Shown: positions 35,396-49,411 of the stretch, one piece after another | Layout of the letters: each line of letters starts with the position of its first letter | How positions within the stretch are numbered: the first letter of the stretch is position 1 | Notes under the pieces: model-generated | What the model was told of the DNA's origin: nothing | Seen by the model: the letters and a program-made list of their open reading frames with translations, nothing else | Database searches by the model: none | DNA from: Squalus acanthias | Lineage: Eukaryota | Length of the DNA stretch: 64,000 nucleotides | Assembly: GCA_030390025.1 (NCBI GenBank) | Contig: CM059432.1 | Coordinates: 48,238,001-48,302,000 of the forward strand | Reading direction: 5' to 3' | Program-made: the position numbers and the translations under genes

Positions 35396-35870
35396 AAAGA
35401 AAGACTTGCACTTGTATAGCGCCTTTCACCACCTCAAGACGTCCCAAAACGCTTTACAGGCAATGAAGTATTTTTGAAGTGTAGTCACTGTTGTAATGTA
35501 GGAAATGCAGCAGCCAATTTGCGCACAGCAAGCTCCTACAAACAGCAATTTGATAATGACCAGATAATCTGTTTTTAGTGACATTGATTGAGGGATAAAT
35601 ATTGGCCAGGACACTGGGGGGATAACTCCCCTGCTCTTTAAAATAGTCATGATGCGGAGTGCCATAAGATCTTTTATGTCCACCTGAGAGCACAGACAGG
35701 GCCTCGGTTTAACATCTCCTCTGAAAGATGGCAGCTCTGACCGTGCAGCACTCCCTCAGTATTGCCCTGGAGTGTCAGCCTAGATTTTTGTGCTCCAGTC
35801 TCTGAAGTGGGACTTGCACCCACAACTTTCTGACTCAGGTGAGGGTGCTACCAACTGAGCCACAGCTGAC
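35396..35870 (-). mobile_element. DeuSINE-like SINE, full length, inserted in a CR1 remnant
   Basis: tRNA-like head at 35800-35870 on minus strand, conserved core and tail. Confidence 0.78.
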
Positions 35871-36107
35871 CCAAGTTAAGGGGAGATTGCTCACAGGAAC
35901 AATTATGATCAGTAAGAGAGACAAGGATTGTAACCCTATTGAAACAAAAAGGAGTTGCATTTCTTTTTCAGGGTAAGATATATCAAAATAGGTTATACTT
36001 CTAAATTAAAATGTTCATCTGTCACTCCTAATAAATGAAAACTGCCAGGATTGCTTTAGTGCCCTATTTCTTAGAGTATCCAGTTTGTAAAATTACAATT
36101 TTAATAT

Positions 36108-37040
36108 CATAGAATCATACAGCACAGGAGGCCATTCGGCCCATTGTGCCTAGGCTGGCTCTTTGGTAGAGCTGTCCAATTAATTCTACTCCCTGCTCTT
36201 TTCCCATAGCCCTGTAAATTTTTTCCCTTCAAGTATTTATCCAATTTGCTTTTGAATGTCACCATTGAATCTACTTCCACCTTCCACCACCCTTTCAGGC
36301 AGTGTATTCTAGATCATAACACCTTGCTGCGTTTATAAAAAAAAAAAAAAAATTCATCTCCCCTTTCGTTCTTTTGCCAATTACCTTAAATCTGTGTCCT
36401 CTGGTTACCGACCCTTCTGCCACTGGAATCCGTTTCTCCTTATTAACTCAATCAACACCATTTTCTTTTTACCTCAGTTCCAACATTGTCTTACAGTTTC
36501 TTCAGTTTTGCTGGTTAGTTGTAAAATTGTTCATTATCATGATTAATTCTTGTTTCAGTTTCAGCAGTTCTGCTTAACCTTTTGACAATGATTATAGATT
36601 CTGCTTCCACCATTGTTTTTGGTAGGGCATTACATGTCCCAGCAACCCACTGCATAAAAAAATTCTCCTAACCCCCCTCTTTTTGTTCTTTTGGTGATGA
36701 ACAGAAATTTATGCCCTCTAGTTACTGACTCACTGGCCAGTGGAAGTAGATTTTGCCTGTTTACCTCATCAAATCCTTTGCCATTTTGAGCATGCCTATC
36801 AGATTTTTTCTTAACCTTCTTTGTTCTGGAGAATAGAGCTCCAGTATCTCTTGTTCTTCCAATAGCTAAAGCCTTAGTAAATCTCTTCTGCACCTTGAAA
36901 TCCTACCTAAACTAACGTACCAAAAACTGGACTCTGTATTCTAACTAGCCTAATCAATGAATTGTATAGGCTAAACGGTACCTATTTGCTTTTGTACTCT
37001 TTTTTTTATACCCCAACTTATAAAACCTAGCCTTCCATAT
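36108..37040 (-). mobile_element. Two degenerate CR1 3' fragments
   Basis: CR1 tail motif (ATCATAGAATCAT, GGCCATTCGGCCC) and RGHKF-like C-terminal segments. Confidence 0.6.
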
Positions 37041-38027
37041 GCAAAATGGATTTGTGGCAAAAAGGGGAAATGGTTGCAGGAAGGGAGGGCTCTGGCTGTC
37101 ACTGAGTACCTTGAAAGAAATGCCAGCCTCTTTACTAAAGCCCTTAAGTACCTAGTTTAAGCGGTTTGTGAGGAGTCTGGGCCATGGCATTAGACTAGGA
37201 TGTCTAGAACATCAGGGTGGCTCATGTCACAGGTAGTCATGTGTCAGCCTTTCCACTGTTTAGAAGGTGCATGGCAGCTGCTGGAAAGCATTACCTGGAG
37301 GCCAGGTATTAAAACATACACTTGTATATCCAGGGCTTCATTCTTATCATGCTTCACTTTCAGAGAGGTGCGCAGGTATGGCTGAAACGCTGCACCTCCC
37401 AATTAGTTGAATGAGGTAAGTCCATACAGGATGCTGGTAATATAGTTAGTTGACCTGGTAATGCGAAACTTGAGCCAAACGGGTCTGCAACTCTCCAGAG
37501 TAGACCTGGTTCACTACTGGAAACTAGTGAGGTAGACCTGTAATTGGGGGTTGGGATTCTTCCCACTTGGCTTCAGATAACTTTGCAAAGACCACAACAG
37601 ATAGGTTGGTTCTGGCTGGCCGAGCAGTGGCAAACAGTCAGCTGGTTAAGTGCCAGCAATAGCCCTCTGTGAATGTGGGGACCCTTTAGCCTTATTCCTA
37701 TCATCTTGTGCCTGACCTTTCTAGACTGTGCCCCTACTTGGTGAGTATGTGCACAGTATATTGAACAAATAGAAGTTCTGCCTGTGTGGATTTCTCAGTG
37801 ATTTGGATTTGGACATTTAAATGTGGTAAATTTCTACTTGTGTCAAGCAACCAGCTGATCAAAAAAAGGGAAGTAACTGTGCCAGTCTTTATTAAGTGAG
37901 GAGGAGAATTCTCCTAGATTTTCTAAGTCAAGGCTGTAAAATAGTGAGTTATGGTCCATAGGTAAAAAAACAATAGTAGATTGATTCTGTGAATGTTTGT
38001 TTATTTTCTAGTAAGCTATTAGAAAGA

Positions 38028-38141
38028 ATGGCAAAGAACAAATCAAAGGCACAGAAACACAAAGATGTGTTCAAAGTTGCCAGCAGCAGAAGTCTAAAGC
38101 TCAAAAGCAAAACCAAACCTGTAACTACAAGTCTCAAGAAG
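38028..38141 (+). CDS. RBIS: Ribosomal biogenesis factor (C8orf59 homolog), coding exon 1
   Basis: MAKNKSKAQKHKDVFKVASSRSLKLKSKTKPVTTSLKK; acceptor ttttctag at 38011, donor gttagt at 38142; matches the recalled RBIS N-terminus (MAKNK...VF.IAS...K.KPVTT.LKK). Confidence 0.92.
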
Positions 38142-38619
38142 GTTAGTATACATCATATTGTCAAAGCAATGACTTTAACCTATACTTTTTTAAACTCGTG
38201 TTTCTTGGGGTCCTCATGATTATCTGATTTATGGATTTATGTCTTTATGCCATTGGCTTTCTTTCTTTGATTTGCTAGCTTATTTTAGTTGATGTATGTA
38301 TACTAATTCTTTTGGGTATCTGATACTGTTTTTCAAAAATTAGGACGGGGATGGGGGGTGCCAAGAATATGTTAATATCTGTGGGTCGCTGGGCACCTGT
38401 TAATATCTGTGCGTAACCCTGGGAGCATGTTGATATTTGTAAAGGATTCCTGAAACCGCTTTTCTAATGCTAGCTACTTGCCGAAACACTTTCTGACTGA
38501 CTGATCTTTTCACTGTATTTCTGCTGAAGTGATTCTGCTTGATAGAAAGTTATTAATCACCGTGTACCTCTTTACCTCTAGTCTGAAGTAATTATGTCTG
38601 ATTATTAGGCTATGATTTA

Positions 38620-39110
38620 GGAAATAGATGCTGATACTATCAAATTATCCACTATATCAGTGGCGGTAAGAGGCACATTAGTCAGGCAGCATTTCATCAC
38701 TGTATAGAGAAGGTGACTGATACATTCTTCAATGAGACCACACGGTTCATTTCCTTCTCAATAGAATCAGAGACGCAGATCTATCCAGTTTTACAGACTG
38801 CCAGGATCCCAGAGGTGCTAGGAGCAATGGACCGATTACATGTAGCACTGAGCCTCATTCGGGAACCCCCTCAATTCCTGAAAAATAAAGGCTTTTATTG
38901 AATTAATGTGCAGCTAGTATATGATGCCAACTAGCTTATCCTGCGCATGAATTCTCGTTGCCCTGGAAGCTGTCAATGACACTTGCATCATATGCTAATC
39001 CATCTTACCAGCCCTAATGACTCAAAGTCTTGGATTGGGATGGTTGATTGGTGATCAGGACTATCTTGTGTAGTCATGGTTTATGACTCAATAAGGCTTC
39101 CACAGACCAA
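38620..39110 (+). mobile_element. Decayed HARBI1-like Harbinger transposase fragment
   Basis: P.VLGAMD.LHVAL...F..NKGFY..NVQLV.D, PGS.. and LIGDQDY motifs with stops. Confidence 0.65.
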
Positions 39111-39114
39111 GGGG

Positions 39115-39553
39115 AACATAAGAACATAAGAAATAGGAGCAGGAGTAGGTCATTCGGCCCCTCGAGCCTGCTCCGCCATTCAATAAGATCATGGCTGATC
39201 TGATCTTGGCCTCAACTCCACTTCCCCGTAACCCTTGACTCTCCTGTAGCTCAAATATCTGTCTATCTCCGCCTTGAATATATTCACTGACTCAGCCACC
39301 ACAGCTCTCTCGGGTAGAGAATTCCAAAGATTCACGACCCTCTGAGAAGAAATTCCTCCTCTCCGTCTTAAATGGGCGACCCCTTATCCTGAAACTATGC
39401 CATTTCCCCCACGAGGGGAAACATCCTCTCGGCATCTACCCTGTCAAGCTCCCTCCGAATCTTATGTTTCAGTAAGGTCACCTCTCATTCTTCTAAACTC
39501 CAATGAGTATAGGCCCAGCCTGCTCAATCTTTCCTCATTAGACAACCCTTTCA
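39115..39553 (-). mobile_element. CR1 3' fragment
   Basis: Tail (AACATAAG)n and LSRLGLYSLEFRRMRGDL on minus strand. Confidence 0.85.
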
Positions 39554-40761
39554 CAACAGTCTCCAGAATCACTGTAGCTGGGAAAGTTCCCTGAAGTCTT
39601 AGAGATTTGAAGTGACTCTTGTCACAGTGAAGCTGCTGTTCCAGAGGGGCCAGCCTTTCTCCCGCAAAGGGTGCTAGGCCCATGTCTGAAGCCCCACCAT
39701 ATGTTGGCATTGGAGGGAGCCTTGAGGAAGCAGGCTCATTGCCACTCTCTGAAGAGACAGTGACATCTGCGATCACACCTTATGCCCTTGTGTGCTGGGT
39801 ACAGGCTCAGAGGAGCTACTAGTTAATCTTATCATAGACTAAATAGTGCCAACGAGGTTTTGAAAGCCCTGTGAAAGTGTCTTGTCCAAAACATCTAATG
39901 CAGCACTGCTTGTTTCCACTCCTTAGATGCTCTTCCAGACATCTCAATGCTGCAGAAATCTCCTGGGCTGTCAGTGTCTAAGGTGTTCTACAGGTTGTGA
40001 AAAACTTCCTGCAATGTGTTACAGATGTGGATAGCAAACAACTCCCATCTGCCAATCATCTCCGTCATATAGGTGGAAACTGTCTCCACTACCTGTATGA
40101 GATCGATGCTCTCTAATCATAGTTCTTTTTGAAGATCTGGGTCCCTAGGCTCCTCAGCAGTCATTTCTCCCCTCCATGAAGGAAAGGCACTCTTTTCCTC
40201 TTCCACTCCCAGGTTCTCATGCTCACTTGGGCTCTGTGCTTCACCTGGTGACAATCCTTTTGACTCGCAGCTACTTGCTTCTGACTGGGTATCCATGGAT
40301 TAGTGCTGAAGTTGGTGAGAATGGGGCAGCAGTTGTTCTTCTGGATGTGCCACCAGATTCCGGTCTGGAAGTGCCTGGATAGTCATTGTTGTAGTCAGCC
40401 TCTTCCTGCAATTTTGATTTGAAAAACTGAAGAGCTTGTTTAGCTGCACGAACAGTGATCTTCCTCCTTGAAGTAGCAGCTGAGTGTAAAGGACATTGCA
40501 ATACTTTGAGAAAGCACATGAAGCTGAGGCTACCTATGATCATTTCCCAGCCTTTACCAACCTTCTCTTGCCACCTCGCCTCCAACGTCACCATTCTATG
40601 ATGTGTAATGCCTCTCCTTCATGTGTACTCAAATACTTTAAGTCCTGTTGCTTCTCCCATGGTTATGTGTTTCGTGATGGTTATGGGCGAGCATTTCCTT
40701 TGGAGGGAAATATAATGTTACAAGGTATGAGAGGGGCATGGACATTTCCTCCATATGAGTG

Positions 40762-41518
40762 TGTTAGATTCGAATTTGGAGAAACTCTAGACGGAGACGG
40801 AATTGAGGACAAGAACAAAATTTATTAAAACAACTAAGAGAGACTTGTGCACAAGGGGAGCCACCCAGCTTCCTCAAGCTTGAGGTGTACTCACAAAGGA
40901 AAAACAGCGGTTCATTCAAGATATACAGTTCTATAATCAACGCCCGCTTACTACAGAATGGGGGCATACACATACAAACAACGTCACCACAGTTACTCTT
41001 TATTGGTTTCGGTGTTTAGTCACTCAACTGTTGGGCCCATCCCCTGAACTCAGGTGCCCCTCCCCTGCCCATGCTGGACACAGATGTTGGGAGTAACCCT
41101 ACCTCCACATTCCTGTTGTTATCTCTTCCTCACTATAAGCATAGTTTATTGTTCGAGAGGACCGGTTTTACCCTTCACTGCCGACCAAGCACAAAGCCAC
41201 AGTGATTCATGTGTCCAGCGAACTCGTACCATGTTTGATAATTGGTTCCCTTTTCTCCTGGGAGGACAGGCCGTGCTTGGACAGTGACTCCACTAAGGCG
41301 CTGTGAATACACATCCCGAAGTTTTAATTAGTGAAGAGATGCCTTGCAGCCTGCAAAAGTGCCTGTTCCTTGCATTTTACGATCCCCTTATCACTTTTAC
41401 TGGTCTCTGATGTTCGATATTCGACCTCGCTTACATCCCTGCTATCTGTTCCCAGCTGCATGTTGTCAGTCTCCATTTTAATTAAGCCCCATCTTTGAAT
41501 CTACAGCTATTCCTTACA
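40762..41518 (-). mobile_element. Solo LTR of another family (~757 bp; may extend to ~41692)
   Basis: Minus ends TGTAAGG...CTAACA, TSD AGTG/AGTG, AATAAA near the 3' end (40821-40826); the right boundary overlaps an ~88-bp tandem duplication. Confidence 0.6.
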
Positions 41519-41682
41519 AGTGCCTTTTTTATGAGGGTTAAGCATAGTCAAATATCCCAGAATTCTTTGGGAACAAGCTGAACCTTTCAGTGAGCTATTT
41601 CTTACAGTTACCTTCTTTGGGAGGGTTAAACCTAGCCAAGTATCCCAGAATTCTTTGGGAACTAGCTGGATCCTTCAAGTGC
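41505..41682. repeat. Two-copy ~88-bp tandem repeat
   Basis: AGCTATT.CTTACA...GAGGGTTAA...TATCCCAGAATTCTTTGGGAAC.AGCTG occurs twice in tandem. Confidence 0.75.
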
Positions 41683-42339
41683 ATGTATCACATGATGGTA
41701 AGCGTAGGTACATTGTCCCTTTAAATCATGTGTCCCTGAAGACTAGCAGAAATACTTTGTGGCAAGCTATGGGAGTTTTGGGTTTGAGTACATGTGGTGC
41801 TGTTTGCAGAGGTGACCCTTTTGACTAAGTGAGGTGCCCTACACCCAGGTGCTGACAGAAATAATGATAGGTAAGGAGTTGGTGGAGGTTGGGGTATGGC
41901 AGTGTAGTGTTATGTTACTGGATTAGTAATCCAGAGAATGAGTTCAAATCCCACCATAGAAGTTTGAGAATTTGAATTCACTTTAAAAACTGGTATCAGT
42001 AAAGTGACCACAAAGCTGTCTGATTGTCGTAAAAGCCCAATTCGTTCACCCTTAGGGAAGGAAAGCTGTCGTTTTACCCAGTATGACATTTCTCTTGTGT
42101 CTTTGCTTGCTGACATTATTTTTTGGCATTGTCCCTACATCTTTCAAAACAACTGTTATCACTCCCTTTTCAAAATACCCACCTCAAAGCCCTTCACTCT
42201 GTCTAATTACTGCCCTTCCTCAAATCTTACTGTCCTCTCCAAAGCCCATTTCTCCAGGTTTGAGATCCTGCCCAAAGTTTAGAGATTGCTCTTGTCAAAG
42301 TCAGTAACATCATCTGATTGTGACCATGGTTTGGAGTTG

Positions 42340-42990
42340 TCATGGGTCAGCCTGAGACTGGCAGGGGATGGAATCAGTGGCAATGTTATGGAATTTGTGC
42401 TGGGTGCAGACTATGGCTTTGGTTTTCCCAGTGTTTAACTGGGGAAAATTGGCTCATCCAAGACTGGATATCGGACAGGTAGTTTGACAGCAACAGAAAC
42501 CGTGGGGGGGTCGGGAGAAGTCCAGCTGGGTGTTGTCGTCATACATGTGGAAGCCGACCCGATGTCTAAGGATGATGTTGCTAAGAAGCAGCACATAGAC
42601 GAGGAAGTGGAGTGGGGCAAGAATAGATCCTTGGGGTTCCAGAGGTAACCGGGGCAGGAAGGGAAACCATTGCTTGAGATGCCCTGGATATAATTGGATA
42701 GGTAAGAGTGGAACCAATCGAGTGCAATGGAGGAGAGAAGTTGGAAGAGGATGGTGTGGTTGACTGTGTCAAAGGCTGCTGAGGGATGAGATGGGGAAAT
42801 GCACCAAGGTCGCAATCACAGAAGATGTCATTTGTGACTTTCAGTAGGGCCGTTTGAGTACCGTAGCAAGACAGAAACCGGATTGGTGAGATTTAAACAT
42901 GCAGCTGTGGGAAAGACGGGAACAGAATTGTATGTTGACAAATACATTCAAAGACTTGAGAGGAAAGGGAGGTTGGACATGGTTGTACTT
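42340..42990 (-). mobile_element. L2-type LINE RT fragment
   Basis: SAAFDTVNH, PQGSILAP, HMYDDNTQL on minus strand across frames. Confidence 0.7.
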
Positions 42991-43157
42991 GGATGGTGGC
43001 CTTCAGCTCCAAATGTGGCCACCCTCTTTTTCACTCCTGCAACAGAATTTCCAATTATTCAGCATCAAAGGAGCAATGTTGCCCACATGACTCCACTGTC
43101 CCATTGTGAGCAATTAGTCCGTTTTTCTGTAACCACAACTTCTCCTTTTAATTGGAA

Positions 43158-44187
43158 TTAACGGGTCTTTTTCTGAGTGGCCGGCAGTGACTAGTGGGGT
43201 ACTGCAGGGATCGGTGCTAGGACCCTAGTTATTCACAATATATATTAATGATCTAGACGAGGGAACTAGATGTAATATCTCCAAGTTTGCAGATGACACA
43301 AAGCTGGGTGGGCGTGTGTGCTGTGAGGAGGATGCAGAGAAACTCCAGTATGATTTGGACAGGTTGGGTGATTGGGCAGATGCAGTATAATGTGGATAAA
43401 TGCGAGGTTATCCAGTTTGGTGGCAAAAACAGGAAGGCAGATTATTTTCTGAACGGCAATAGATTGGGAAAAGGGGAAGTGCAACGAGACCTGGGTGTCC
43501 TTGTGCACCAGTCACCTGAAGGTAAGCATGCAGGTGCAGCAGGCGTTTAAGAAGGCAAATGGTATGTTGGTCTTCATAGCGAGAGGATTCGCGTACAGGA
43601 GTAAGGATGTATTGCTGCAGTTGTACAGGGCCTTGGTGAGACCACACCTTGAGTATTGTGTGCAGTTTTGGTCGCCTTATCTGAGGAAGGATGTTCTTGC
43701 CATGGAGGGAGTGCAGTGAAGATTCACCAGACTGATACCTGGGATGGCAGGAATGATGTATGAAGGGAGATTGGGTCGATTAGGCTTATATTCGCTAGAG
43801 TTTAGAAGAATGAGAGGGGATCTCATTGAAACTTACAAAAATTCTAACCGGACTAGACAGACTAGATGCAGGAAGGATGTTCCTGATGGCCGGGGAGTCC
43901 AGAACCAGAGGTCACAGTCTAAGGATAAGGGGTAAGCCATTTAGGACTGATGAGGAGGAATTTCCTCACCCAGAGTGGTGAACCTGTGGAATTCTCGACC
44001 ACTGAAGGCAGTTGAGGCCAATTCATTAAATATATTCAAGAAGGAGTTAGATATATTTCTTAAGGCTATGGGGAGAAAGCAGGGACAAGGTACTGAATTT
44101 GGATGATCAGCCATGATCTCATGAAATGGCGGAACAGGCTCGAGGGGCCGAATGGCCTACTCCTGCTCCTATCTTCTATGTTTCTAT
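43158..44187 (+). mobile_element. CR1 3' fragment, same subfamily as 17120-22373
   Basis: Near-identical to 21308-22360; tail TTCTATGTTTCTATG. Confidence 0.9.
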
Positions 44188-45279
44188 GGCTAACTGCAGC
44201 TCTAGGCAAGCTGTTCATCTATCGTAGCCTATTCAAATTTGGGGGAGAAACACTATCTCAAAATTAATGCAACCCCCCCCCCAAAATTAGCTGTCAGTGA
44301 GGTGAACATGGGCAAGGCCATTGTACCATTATTACAAATTTGGGGATTATGTCTGTTTTTGGTCACTGGTCCTGATGTCCTTGAGTGTCTTCTGGGAGTG
44401 TGAAGTTAAATATCCTCTGTTCCATTTTCTGTGCATATTGGCTACGTCTCCCACAGCATTCTCTAAACTCCTATTTAATTTAACATTTTTGGTAACTTCA
44501 GCAGACAGCAATGTTGGATAGTGATCCAATTGCCAGTCTGTTTATTCTGGGCTGTGAATTGTGGATCCACATCTAACCTGTGTCGGGTGGGAAGATGGAA
44601 AGAGACTAACTGGCCTTGCAGTCTGCTAATAGGTGGCTCTATTGGGCTTAATGTTGATCAGAATGTGGTGGTTTTAATTGCGTTGATTCTGATGTAAATA
44701 TGTTCTCTTCAGATGGGTTTTATCTGCTCCTTATGGTTGATCCTCTGCTCTTACCTTGTATTGTATTTATCAAACTTTAAAAGAGAAAATGCTTTCCTAA
44801 TTTTCTAACAGGAAAGTGGCACCATTTTGACCGCAATGCTAAGCTGGCTGCTTTAAAAATTCTGTTTCCATGGTAAACTCTTTGCTTGTGCCTTCGTCTC
44901 AACCAGTTAGTCACATTTTTTTCACCTTCATGCGTGTGGAAATATTCTCAAATTAGTCAACCCTGTAATTAATGGTTATATTTCACAACTTAGTGACTCA
45001 TTGTGATAAATGGAGGACTTCTCACGAGGTGGTTAAAGCATGTTTATTCCATGAGTGTGAAAGAGAACATAAGTCAGGAATGATAATGTCATGTGTTGTA
45101 CAGCTCTCACTCTCAAATGGGATAAGCATACACTGCAGATAATGCTACTGAATGTTATCACAGTACCTTCACCACATGAATTGCAGTGGTTCAAGAAGGC
45201 GGCTCACCACACCTTCTCAAAGGCAATTGGGGATGGCCTTGCTAGCAATGCCCACATCCCATGAATGAATAAAAAAAAT

Positions 45280-46030
45280 ACATTTTGATAAGAAAATGAG
45301 GTCAGATATTACTTGGAAAATAAGAATCTAAATAGGGTAGAGGAATAAAGGGATACAAATACACGAATCATTAAAAGTAGCGACGCAGGTTAATAAAGCA
45401 AACCAAGCACTAGGGTTTATTTCTAGAAGGATAGAATTGAAAAGTAGAGAAGTTATGCTAAACATGTATCGAACCTTGGTTAGACTGCACTTGGAGTACT
45501 GCGTACAATTCTGGTCGCCATGTTATAAAGAATATAGAGGCACTAGAGAGGGTACAAAAACAAATTTGCAAGGAAAGGGATCAGAAATGGGAGGTTACAC
45601 CTATCAGGAAGGGATGAATAAACTGGGTCTCTTTTTTCTCTTGAAAAGAGAAGGCTGAGGGGTGACCTAATAGAGGTCTTTAAAATTATGAAAAGTTTTG
45701 ATAGCGTAGATACAGAGAATGTTTCCACTTGTGGGGCAGAGCATAACTAGAGGCCATCAATATAAGATAGTCACCAAGAAATCAAATAGGGAATTCGGAA
45801 AAAACTTCATTACCCAGAGAGTGGTGAGAATGTGGAACTTGCTACTTCAGGGAGTGGTTGAGACGAATAGTATAGATATATTTAAGGAGAGGCTAGATAA
45901 ACATATGAGGAAGAAGGGAATAGAGGGTTATGCTGCGAGTTAGATGAGGAAAGATCGAGGAGGCTCGAGTGGAGCTTAAACTCCAACATGGACTAGTTGA
46001 GCCGAATGGCCTGTTTCTGTGCTGTATATT
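45280..46030 (+). mobile_element. CR1 3' fragment, preceded by a short LINE tail (45160-45278)
   Basis: LVRLHLEYCVQFWSP, TRGHQYK, QRVVRMWN. Confidence 0.8.
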
Positions 46031-47565
46031 CAGTGTAAGACAATGCAGTTGCAGTTGTGTATGTGTGCATGCGAATCCGTATGTTTGTGTATGCACATTT
46101 CTTAATACATAATGTTGGTTAAGGAGACTTATGTGGTTCAACTTGTCTATTTTTGTGTAAGTTATTTTCATCACCAACAGGACTTCTTTTGCAACTCTGA
46201 CCCTCAGAATATATGCAAGGGGAGGGGAGACTAGATGCCATAGTTTTCAAAGTCATCCCCAATTTCACAGTGAGGAAAGATACACAGCTAAACATTTTGG
46301 ATGATTTAAAAAAAAAAGTAGCTTAGCTGACGGACCAGTGGCAAATTGTAGATCCGTTAACTTGCCACATACCTGAGAATAAACCTAGGTAGTTTTGGCT
46401 TTTATGGCTCAGTACTACATTTTGCCTACCAAACTATCTGGAGTGCTCCCAGTATGTCTAGAAGAAATTAGCCAGTGGTGTGTAAAAATAAATAAATAAA
46501 TAAATAATGATTAAGTATTGAACAGTTGTAGATAATGCAGTGAAACAAAGGGCTCTGTTGCTCAAATTTCTGTTACTGACTATTCTATCATAGCTGAAAG
46601 AGAGAGCTTTCAAAGTACTGTACGTTAACTGTTTACTGATGCATTGAACCCATTTCACTGCTGCTACTTACTTGGTTACACCCATCTGAAAATGTTTGGC
46701 AGGCATCCATCTGTTCAATGCGACAGATCCTCTGTCTGTGCTTTTTGATGAATACATTTCTTAGGCCGGTTTGATGGGTTGAATGATTTACAAAAGTAAT
46801 CTTTAGAATTTCAAAACTATTATCATATTGGGCAAATTTGTTTGAGATAGTTAAGGTATTTTAGATGTTAGTCTAGGGATGTTAGATGCTAAAATGCAAA
46901 CTAAACTTCATAAAAGGTAAATGTACCTTTTTTGTGAATTGTAGCATTTTTGGAATATTTTTTTAACCGGTCCAGGGACTGTACAGTTGTATGCAGTTAT
47001 CATCCATTGTCCCTGGGTTTGAATGCAGTCCAGACTGATTGGGTGAACACTTCCCTCTTGGGTGTAGGGTTGCCAATTTTGGTTTGACCTATTCCTGGAG
47101 GTTTGGTCACATATTCGCCACAGTCTGCAAATGTTGATTGCATTTACTTAATGGCTTTATAACTGCTCTCAAATTTCAACTACAAGTGACGGGTAACAAA
47201 TTGTGTTCCAAGTGGTGAATACACAGGTATGTCTTGACAAATTGGCCACTGCAATGTCATTTGTCACTCAGTCCATTATGCCATGACATCATCATGAGAT
47301 TGGCAGGCATGTGCTAATGTATTTAAAATGCGTCTGCAGGGAGCATATGAGACAGGTTTCAAATCTACGAAGATCACACTGGTGCAAGTGTTTTTGCTGA
47401 CTACAGTTAGATCAGTGACCACTAAAGTAAAGGGGAAAAAAGTGGGTCTTTCTGAGCCACCTGTCAAAACAAAATCTGCCAGTTTTACAGTTCATCTGAC
47501 CATGATCTGCAGGAGATCAGGGCTGTATGAGCCTGTGGTCAAAGAACAATATAAAAGAAGCTATA

Positions 47566-47693
47566 CAAAAGCAAAATACTGCAAATGCTGGAAATCTGAA
47601 ATAAAAACAGAAAATGCTGGAAATACTCAGCATGTCGGGCAGCATTTGTGGAGAGAAAGAGTTAACGTTTCAGGTCGACCTGTCATCGACCTC
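47566..47693 (-). mobile_element. Penelope-type terminal fragment with decayed hammerhead remnant
   Basis: Same repeat as 13482; minus strand ...CGATGA-CAGGTCGACCT-GAAA-CGTT; flanked by TATAAAA(G)AAGCTAT direct repeats. Confidence 0.6.
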
Positions 47694-48268
47694 TATTATT
47701 TATTATAAAAAGCTATCGTTTTCCTCCATGCATAAGACCCACTAGATTTTAAAATAATTAATTTCAGAAGGTAAATAAGATGCAATAAGCATAATAAATA
47801 TGTATAAAAATGCATTAGCAGCATCAAGCTCATATTGCTAAGTCCAATTGAAGTTAGAGGACTTGCTCCACCGTAACTTTGAAAGTGCAGTCACATGAAC
47901 ATTCAGTAGATTTTGCACATGGCTTAAGTTCACGTCATCGGAGGCATGCAGGTGTGAACTGGAACAATGAGTACTCTTCTCTCAGGTCGCCAGCAGCAGT
48001 GCCCAGGATATCGATCGTCCATCCGGAAGACTCCCAGGCAATCCAGGAAGGTTGGCAACCTTAGTTGGATATAATGGTCCCATTTTTTTTTTTCTAAATT
48101 GCCTCTCCCGATCAAGGATCTGATTTTCATATAACCACCTTTATTCACATTTGGAAGTCACTAACTTTGCATTTTCTGAATCTGGTGCGTACACCACTCG
48201 TTATGGTCGGGTAATGTGTGCAGCTCTCTGCCTACAAGGAATTAAAATTTATATTCTATTCTGAACAG

Positions 48269-48385
48269 ATTAATATTGTGAACAATGAAAAGGTCCGTAG
48301 AGTCAATAAAGCATTTACAGAAGTACAAAAAGAGATCCAGAACTTATCCAAACACACATCAACACCTCCAAAGAAACCACTGCAG
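48269..48385 (+). CDS. RBIS: RBIS coding exon 2
   Basis: ag|INIVNNEKVRRVNKAFTEVQKEIQNLSKHTSTPPKKPLQ|gt, phase 0/0. Confidence 0.92.
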
Positions 48386-49342
48386 GTGACTGTTTTTCAT
48401 CATAAATCTATTCTAATTGCTTTGGAGTTTAAGGATAACCCTGTAACTAGTTTAGCGTCCAGCTGAGTTTATGGATTAATTTATTTGTAAGATGTTTGTC
48501 TGTTTTCATGTGCTAACATTTTTGAAGTAATTTGATATACTCCCCCAGTGTGTTGACCTTTTTAATATCCGCACAGTAAGTTAAATTCGTTCCGGGAAGT
48601 TAATTTGTGAAATTTCCAGTTCTGCTTGTTACAATACACCTGCACTTCTGATGAAGTGCCATGGCAACTTGTCTTGTGCAATATAAGTGCACACATACAA
48701 ACTATTGGGGGGTTTTCTTCTCTCTCCATCTCTCCTGAAGTTGTTGGCTCCTTGCTGGGACACAGTTCCATGGGTGCCAGTTGCTTTAGTTGCCTTACAA
48801 GAATGGCCATTTTTCATGTGTAAGCCTATAAACTGAGTGTTGCAAAACTTGGAATATAGGTGGACATCACAGCTAAATCTAAAACCAACCCTGTTGTTGT
48901 CTGAGGTCTTCACACTTGCACTTCCAGCAGGGGTCACTGATGAGCGATGAGTCGAAATCCTTGATCCAGGGCTGATGAGACTTATTGTCGTGCCTCTACT
49001 GTCGGCCCAACTGAGAGTGGCTAACTCAGGATAGACGGTGATTGAACATGGGACCTTGCTGTTTTGTACAGTTCAGCTACTCACTTGATATACTTTCCAG
49101 ACAAAGGAACTGAGGGCCATATTGTTTCTTACGTGCTGTCTCCAGGAACCACCTGTGGTACAGACCTGTAGTTTTAAGAGCATGCAGGTACATCTTGAGG
49201 TTTTCAATAATAAGTGGTACACAAATCAGGAATAAATTGTGACTCGGTATCGTCTGCATTCAGAATTAAATACACATTGGATTGCAATATATTGTGACTG
49301 TTGAAAGCCCCTATTAATTTGATATTTTACTTTATATTGCAG

Positions 49343-49411
49343 ATTCCCAGACCTCCACCTGCTGAACAGCTGAATGTGGATGCTACCACTGAATTGTTTT
49401 CTCAATTATGA
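49343..49411 (+). CDS. RBIS: RBIS coding exon 3 (terminal)
   Basis: ttgcag|IPRPPPAEQLNVDATTELFSQL*; matches the RBIS C-terminal NVD.AT.L...L pattern; spliced protein is 99 aa. Confidence 0.9.
   Translation: MPRPPPAEQLNVDATTELFSQL

Noticed and set aside
48931..49021. Intronic hammerhead or box C/D snoRNA in RBIS (CTGATGA...GAAA; TGATGA...CTGA)
   Set aside because: Stem II and the cleavage site do not form properly, the position is far from the 3' splice site, and the region reads as a decayed tRNA-derived SINE on the minus strand.
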